Translations under genes and position numbers: made by a program
Part shown: positions 59,001 through 64,000 of the stretch, in pieces
Layout of the letters: every line of letters starts with the position of its first letter
How positions within the stretch are numbered: the first letter of the stretch is position 1
DNA from: an uncultured Gemmatimonadales bacterium
GTDB lineage: Bacteria > Gemmatimonadota > Gemmatimonadetes > Longimicrobiales > RSA9
Length of the DNA stretch: 64,000 nt
Assembly: GCA_963783305.1 (NCBI GenBank)
Contig: CAWAMW010000007.1
Location: 256,001 to 320,000, forward strand
Direction: 5' to 3'
The notes under the pieces: model-generated
Seen by the model: only the letters and a program-made list of their open reading frames with translations
What the model was told of the DNA's origin: nothing
The model's database searches: none

Positions 59001-60932
59001 TCAGCCTCCCAGGATGAGCAGGACCAGGACCGCGGCGAGCCCCGCCACGACCAGTCGGTAGTAGTGATGCGCGAGCCCGGTCTGGAGCCGCCGCGCCTGA
59101 GCGCCGCCCCATGCCACCAACCGCGACGCGCTCTCCGGCACCCCGTCGAACAGCGCCTCTCCCGGTCGCTGACCGAGCCACGCCAGCCCCCGTCCCACCG
59201 CCGCCGTCAGCCGCACACCGCCATCGACGATCCGGTCGTCGAAGAGAGCGACGGCCCCGGCCAGGGCGGCGACTCCGGTACGGACCCCACGGACCGCGCC
59301 ATCCACCGCCGCGTCATCCACACGAGCCAGCGCGTGAGCCAGGAGCCGGCCCGGTCGGACCACGCCCTGCCGGGCGAGGGCTGGCAGCCCGAGCCAGTCC
59401 GCCGGTCCCGCGGCCACGTCCCAGCCGAGCCCCGGCCGGCGGCGGGCCACCTCCCACCCCGTGAGCACGCCCAGGGCGACCAGCCCCAGCGACACCGCAA
59501 CCTCCCATGGCCTGAAGGGTGGGATCTCCCCGTCGAGCAGGTGGCCGGCGGCGCCATGGAGGGGGGGGAGCCAGAGGACGCCGAGCGCCACGGTCGCCGC
59601 GGCGAGCAGGTACAGGGGCCAGCGCTCGAGAGAGCGCGGGGACCGGCCGTCTCGGGCGGTGGAGCCGGTCCCGAAGGCCTGGAAGAAGAAGCGGGCCATG
59701 TAGGCGGCCGAGAGGGCGCCGGCCAGCGCCGCCGCCACGGCGACCCAGGGAGCCGCGTGGCCCGCCGTGGTCACCACCGCCTCCTTCGTCCAGGCGGCGC
59801 CGAGGGGCGGGAGCCCGGCGATGGCCCCGGCAACGACGAGCGTCGCCGTCGCGATCCCCGGCAGCACGCGGCGCAGCTCCATGCGCCAGAGCTCGTAGCT
59901 GCCCGCGCACTCGTGGGCGATCCCGGTGGCCAGGAACAGGGGCGCCTTGGCCAGGGCGTGGGCCACCAGGTGCAGCGCGGCCACCGCCGGATAGCCCGCT
60001 CCCACCGCCAGGAACATGAGCCCGTAGTGGGCGGAGGTGGAGCCGGCCAGCAGGCGCTTGGCGTGAGACTGGAGCAGGGCGACGACGCCGGCCATCAGCG
60101 CCGTCGTCAGCCCCACCGCCATGGTCGCCGCCCCGAACCAGGGCGCCGTGTCCAGCACCGTGTGGAGCCGGATCAGCAGGAAGGCGCCGGCCGCCACCAT
60201 GGTCGCCGCGTGCAGCAGCGACGAGACCGTCACCGGGCCCTTCATGGCCACGAACAGCCATGGCGCGAACGGGACCTGTGCCGATTTCGCCGCCGCGGCC
60301 ACCAGCACCCCCGCCACCACGAGATGGAGATGGAGCCCGTCGAGTCCGCCCAGCGCCCCGTACTCCAGGGAGCCGACCCCGGCGAACGCGGCTCCCAGGG
60401 CAAGGAACAGCCCCAGGTCGCCCGCCCGGGTCGTAACGAACACGATGGACCCCGCCCGCGGGTTCTCCCCGTCCCGCCAGTGGTGGGCGATGAGCACCGC
60501 CGAGCACGCGCCGATCAGCTCCCAGCCCAGCAGCAGCGTCAGCAGGTCCGCCGCCCCCGCCACCACCTCCATCGCCGCGACGAAGAAGGCCAGCACCGCC
60601 AGCAGACGCGTCAGCCCCCGGCCCTCCTCGTGGCCCGCGCCGTACGCCAGCACCGGCGCCGCCACTACCGGAACCAGCACCGCGAACAGCGCGGCCACCG
60701 GCGACGTGGCGGGGGCGTAGTCCAGGCTCAGCCCCAGGCTCTCGCTCCACGGCAGACGACCCGTCCACCCGGCCCACGCCGCGAAGGCCGCCACCCCCGC
60801 GGTGAGGGCCATGGCCGCTGCCGCCGTAACCGCCAGTCGTCCCCTCGGCGGCTCGCCGTCCATGCCGTCACGGCCGACGCCGGCCAGCAGGAGCGCCGCG
60901 AGGAGGGGAACGAGAGGGACGAGCCACGCCAT
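59001..60932 (-). CDS. nuoL: NuoL-like antiporter subunit
   Basis: GWELIGACS, TRAGDLG, AKSAQVPF..LLHAATMVAAG and HALAKAPLFL. Confidence 0.88.
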   Translation of the reverse strand: MAWLVPLVPLLAALLLAGVGRDGMDGEPPRGRLAVTAAAAMALTAGVAAFAAWAGWTGRLPWSESLGLSLDYAPATSPVAALFAVLVPVVAAPVLAYGAGHEEGRGLTRLLAVLAFFVAAMEVVAGAADLLTLLLGWELIGACSAVLIAHHWRDGENPRAGSIVFVTTRAGDLGLFLALGAAFAGVGSLEYGALGGLDGLHLHLVVAGVLVAAAAKSAQVPFAPWLFVAMKGPVTVSSLLHAATMVAAGAFLLIRLHTVLDTAPWFGAATMAVGLTTALMAGVVALLQSHAKRLLAGSTSAHYGLMFLAVGAGYPAVAALHLVAHALAKAPLFLATGIAHECAGSYELWRMELRRVLPGIATATLVVAGAIAGLPPLGAAWTKEAVVTTAGHAAPWVAVAAALAGALSAAYMARFFFQAFGTGSTARDGRSPRSLERWPLYLLAAATVALGVLWLPPLHGAAGHLLDGEIPPFRPWEVAVSLGLVALGVLTGWEVARRRPGLGWDVAAGPADWLGLPALARQGVVRPGRLLAHALARVDDAAVDGAVRGVRTGVAALAGAVALFDDRIVDGGVRLTAAVGRGLAWLGQRPGEALFDGVPESASRLVAWGGAQARRLQTGLAHHYYRLVVAGLAAVLVLLILGG

Positions 60933-60934
60933 GG

Positions 60935-61240
60935 TCAGCCCTCCAGCGTGGTGAGGCCCTCGGTGGTGTCCACCTGCCGGTCCCGGTAGACCGCCACCAC
61001 CAGAGCGAACCCCATGGCCATCTCCAGCGCCATCACCGCCATGATCACGATCGCCAGCAGCTGCCCTTCAGGCGCGAAGCCCGCCGCCAGCGCCCAGAAC
61101 GCCCCCACCGCCAGGATCAGCCCGTTCAGGATCAGCTCGAGGCCCATCATCAGCATCACGAACGACTGCTGCGACAGCGCGCCGTAAACCCCGATTCCCA
61201 CCAGCACGGCCGCCACCAGGAGGAGCGCAGTCAGGGTCAT
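60935..61240 (-). CDS. nuoK: NuoK-like subunit
   Basis: 101 aa, 3 TM; GLELILN and ALEMAMGFALVV. Confidence 0.85.
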   Translation of the reverse strand: MTLTALLLVAAVLVGIGVYGALSQQSFVMLMMGLELILNGLILAVGAFWALAAGFAPEGQLLAIVIMAVMALEMAMGFALVVAVYRDRQVDTTEGLTTLEG

Positions 61241-61839
61241 CCGTGCCGCCCGTGGTGGTGGCCGCCGCCCTCACTGGGACGCCGACCGGCGGGCTCGCCG
61301 CCCGGCTGGAGGCCCGGGGGCCGCGAGCCTTCATCGGCGCTGCCGTAGCGGCCCCGGCGGCTGGAGAGGATGACGGAGCCGATCATGCCGGCCAGGAGGG
61401 TGACGCCGGCGGACTCGAAGATGAGCATGGAGGCGCCGAGGAGCTCGTGGCCGAGGGTGGCGATGGGGTCGGCGGGGGCCGGTCCGCCCGCGGGGAACTC
61501 GACGAGCAGGGCCACGCTGGCCAGCAGGGCCGCTACGCCGACGCCGGCGGCCAGGGCGGTCCTCGGCTGGTGGACCATGTTCATGGGATTGAGCCCGGCG
61601 GGGTTCATCATGAACATGACCATGAAGAGGGCCATGACCATCATCTCGACGGCCATCATGAAGATCAGGGCGAAGCCCAGGTAGGGGGCGGCCAGGAGCA
61701 GGAGGATGGCCGCTACCGCGATGAAGGAGGTGAGGAGGAAGAAGGAGGCCCGGACCATGGAGTCGGTCCGGAAGACCCGCCAGCCGCTGACGATGGCCAG
61801 GGCGGCGAAGAGCCAGAAGAAGAGGTCGATGGCGCTCAC
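61237..61839 (-). CDS. nuoJ: NuoJ-like subunit, Met-rich with His tail
   Basis: GTG start overlapping the nuoH stop; FESAGVTLLAGMIGSVIL; C-terminal GGGHHHGRHG. Confidence 0.8.
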   Translation of the reverse strand: MSAIDLFFWLFAALAIVSGWRVFRTDSMVRASFFLLTSFIAVAAILLLLAAPYLGFALIFMMAVEMMVMALFMVMFMMNPAGLNPMNMVHQPRTALAAGVGVAALLASVALLVEFPAGGPAPADPIATLGHELLGASMLIFESAGVTLLAGMIGSVILSSRRGRYGSADEGSRPPGLQPGGEPAGRRPSEGGGHHHGRHG

Positions 61840-62765
61840 AGCAGCACCGCCACCCCGGCGGCCGCCAGCGCCAGGAACGAGAGGGGGAGCAGGCCGACCC
61901 AGACCAGCGTCACCACGCGCTCGGTGGCGATCCGCGCCCCCAGGCGACCCAGGAGCGCCAGGAGCGCCAGCAGCGCCACCGTCTTCAGCGCCAGCCAGAT
62001 GGGCCCCGGCAGCCACGGCCCGAGCCAGCCGCCCAGGTAGACCGTCGCCGCCACGGCCGCAAAGGCCACCAGCATGGCTCGCCGAGCCAGCTCCCACACC
62101 AGTCGCGACGGGCCCGACACCTCGGCGGCGGTGCCTCCGGCCAGGTCCCGGGAGTCGGCGAAGTCCAGCGGCCCCCAGAAGGCCACGCCCAGCCCCACGA
62201 ACAGGAAGAGTGGGAGCCCCAGCGGCTGCCGGACCACGTTCCACAGCCCGCGCTGGGACTCCACGATGGCGGACAGCCGGAGCGACTCGGCCGGGAGGGC
62301 CGCGGCAATGAGGACGAACATGCTGACCAGCATGTAGGCCAGCCCGAGGGCCACGTAGCGGTAGCCCCCGATCAGGGGGAGCGGCGCGTTCGCCGACCAC
62401 CCATGGAGGAAGATCGCCACCACCGCCAGAGACTCCACCGCCCCCCATAGCACAATACCCGCGGCCACGTCTCCCGGCGCCGAGGCGGCCGACCACGGCA
62501 CGACTCCCAGCCCCACCGCCGCCAACCCCAGGTAGAGAGCCGGGGCCAGCACCCACGCCGGTCCGTCCGGCCGCTCCGTGTGGCTCCGCTGCTGAACCAG
62601 CGTCAGCGCCGCTCGCCGTGCCGGCCCCAGCGGATCCAGCCGCGGCCGCCGCCTCGCCACCACCGCACCCGCCACACCGTCCATCAGTGTGAACAGCCAC
62701 ACCCCCGCAAGCAGGGCGACGCCCACCACCGCCAGGGCCAGGAGCGGAGACACGGGCGCCGGCAT
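61836..62765 (-). CDS. nuoH: NuoH-like subunit
   Basis: GWSANAPLPLIGGYR, SLRLSAIVESQ, PLDFAD..AEVSG and YLGGWLGP. Confidence 0.85.
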   Translation of the reverse strand: MPAPVSPLLALAVVGVALLAGVWLFTLMDGVAGAVVARRRPRLDPLGPARRAALTLVQQRSHTERPDGPAWVLAPALYLGLAAVGLGVVPWSAASAPGDVAAGIVLWGAVESLAVVAIFLHGWSANAPLPLIGGYRYVALGLAYMLVSMFVLIAAALPAESLRLSAIVESQRGLWNVVRQPLGLPLFLFVGLGVAFWGPLDFADSRDLAGGTAAEVSGPSRLVWELARRAMLVAFAAVAATVYLGGWLGPWLPGPIWLALKTVALLALLALLGRLGARIATERVVTLVWVGLLPLSFLALAAAGVAVLL

Positions 62766-63898
62766 CAGGGGGTCTCCTCGAACCCGGCTGGGGCGCCACC
62801 GGCGGGGGCGTACGTCCGGGCGTTCAGCAGCAGAACCGCCTCTCCCCACTCCAGCCCCGGCAGCCGGTCGGCCAACGCAGCGGCGTCGCCCCGGGGCACA
62901 TCGAAGGCCGCCGCTTCCGACGTCCCGCCGCCGCCGCCCGCACCGCGCCTCGCGGTCACCACCCCCTCCCGAGCCGACGCCAGTCCCTCCCGCAGCAGCC
63001 CCCGCACGTCCTCCCCCGCCACCCGCGCCGGGAGCGCCGCCAGCGTCCCGCCCCGGCGCGTCCACCGTTCCAGCCGACGCACTTCGCCTGGCGCGACTCT
63101 TCGTGCGAGGGCGAGGGACAGGGCCCGGTCCCCCAGCGCCGTCGCCCCCGCGACCCGGAGAAGCCGCGCCGACCAGCGCAGGAGCCGACGCGCCCTCTCC
63201 ACGTCGCCGTCACGCGTTGCCCCGGGCCGGAAGGCGTCCTCGGGGAAGGGCGGCTCCAGCACCTCCGCCTCCTGGATGACGTCCCCCTGGAGCGCGAGGC
63301 GCAGCACCAGGCCTGGTGGGAAGGGCGGGAAGAACGGGCCGACGGTGAGCTCGAGGCGGTCGAGGGCGAGGCCGTCGCGGCCGTCGTCGTCGGTCATGGC
63401 CATGGGGCGGCCGTACGGCACGCCGCCCATCATCCCCTCCCCGCCCTGGCCGTGGTCGCCGCGTCCGCGCCACGGGTGGGGCGGACGATCCGGCCGGCGG
63501 TGCCCCTCCGATTCCCGCTCTCCGAGAACCAGCGACCGGTGCAGGGAGCGCAGCGCCGGGACGGGATCCGCCTCCGTCGGCACCCGGTCCGGCGCCGACC
63601 CCCCCTTCGGCGCTATCCCCCCCTGCAGCCCCGGAAGCGGCGCGTCCGCGCCCCAGCGGAGCGTCGTCCGGGGGTGGGGCACCTGGTCGTGGACGCGGTC
63701 CAGCGCTTCCTGGAACCGGAGCGGAATGGCGCCGGCGACCAGCAGCACCGTGGCGTGGCGGGGCGAGTCCACCAGCCGGATCCCCGGGCGGAGCCGGAGC
63801 GCCTCGACCCGCTCCCGGGCGCCCGCGCCCACGGCCGCGAAGACGGGAGCGGGCGCAGATGCGGCCAGCCGACCGGCCACCCGCCGGAGCCCCGTCAC
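62765..63898 (-). CDS. Degenerate NuoB-like / NuoD-like fusion lacking all cysteines
   Basis: DSPRHATVLLVAG..LDRVHDQVPHPR resembles NuoB; LTVGPFFPPFPPGLVLRLALQGDVI resembles the NuoD N-terminus; GTG start overlaps the nuoA stop. Confidence 0.7.
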   Translation of the reverse strand: MTGLRRVAGRLAASAPAPVFAAVGAGARERVEALRLRPGIRLVDSPRHATVLLVAGAIPLRFQEALDRVHDQVPHPRTTLRWGADAPLPGLQGGIAPKGGSAPDRVPTEADPVPALRSLHRSLVLGERESEGHRRPDRPPHPWRGRGDHGQGGEGMMGGVPYGRPMAMTDDDGRDGLALDRLELTVGPFFPPFPPGLVLRLALQGDVIQEAEVLEPPFPEDAFRPGATRDGDVERARRLLRWSARLLRVAGATALGDRALSLALARRVAPGEVRRLERWTRRGGTLAALPARVAGEDVRGLLREGLASAREGVVTARRGAGGGGGTSEAAAFDVPRGDAAALADRLPGLEWGEAVLLLNARTYAPAGGAPAGFEETP

Positions 63899-64000
63899 TG
63901 CCACCGGAAAATCCCCTCGCGCCACCCGTAGACGATTCCCACCGACAGGATGGCCAGGAACATCCCCATCTCCATCAGCGCCTTCATCCCCTCCTGGACG
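63895..64000 (-). CDS. nuoA: NuoA-like subunit, C-terminal part (5' end outside window)
   Basis: Manual translation VQEGMKALMEMGMFLAILSVGIVYGWREGIFRWQ*. Confidence 0.8.
   Translation of the reverse strand, partial: VQEGMKALMEMGMFLAILSVGIVYGWREGIFRWQ

Overview
GC-rich bacterial window. Gene content such as the ADOP permease plus PadR and the Longimicrobium-style secreted proteins suggests Gemmatimonadota or Acidobacteriota, but this is inference. From left to right: (1) iorAB-type molybdoenzyme genes running off the left edge. (2) A heavy-metal efflux operon: His-rich leader, CzcCBA-type RND system, P-II protein, broken methyltransferase and CDF transporter. (3) Internally collapsed gene remnants (SpoIIAA-like, kup). 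(4) A penicillin-acylase gene bracketed by a 28-bp direct repeat resembling a tmRNA/tRNA 3' end. (5) A ~15-kb beta-glucan (laminarin-type) utilisation locus: clan GH-A/beta-barrel fusion, two GH3, MFS, ROK repressor, a lipoprotein with 4x516-bp repeats, GH16, and two matching ROK-type operators. (6) Mixed accessory genes: AAA ATPase, Crp-FmdE-TauE, L,D-transpeptidase, TetR, DUF5995, MscS, YegP, HerA-like ATPase, DUF5996. (7) A four-gene operon with its own divergent Lgt and LspA, a putative lipoprotein and a tandem-thioredoxin protein. (8) Zn-ADH, ADOP/PadR, DUF2911 and a secreted protein. (9) A complex I-like membrane-arm operon (nuoA, Cys-free NuoB/D-like gene, nuoH-J-K-L-M-N) with Met/His-rich segments, running off the right edge. 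The best candidates for undescribed systems are the Fe-S-less, Met-rich complex I-like module, the dedicated Lgt/LspA operon, and the TonB-receptor-less glucan locus. No rRNA, complete tRNA, CRISPR array, transposase or integrase was seen. All family calls are by motif recognition; no searches were run.
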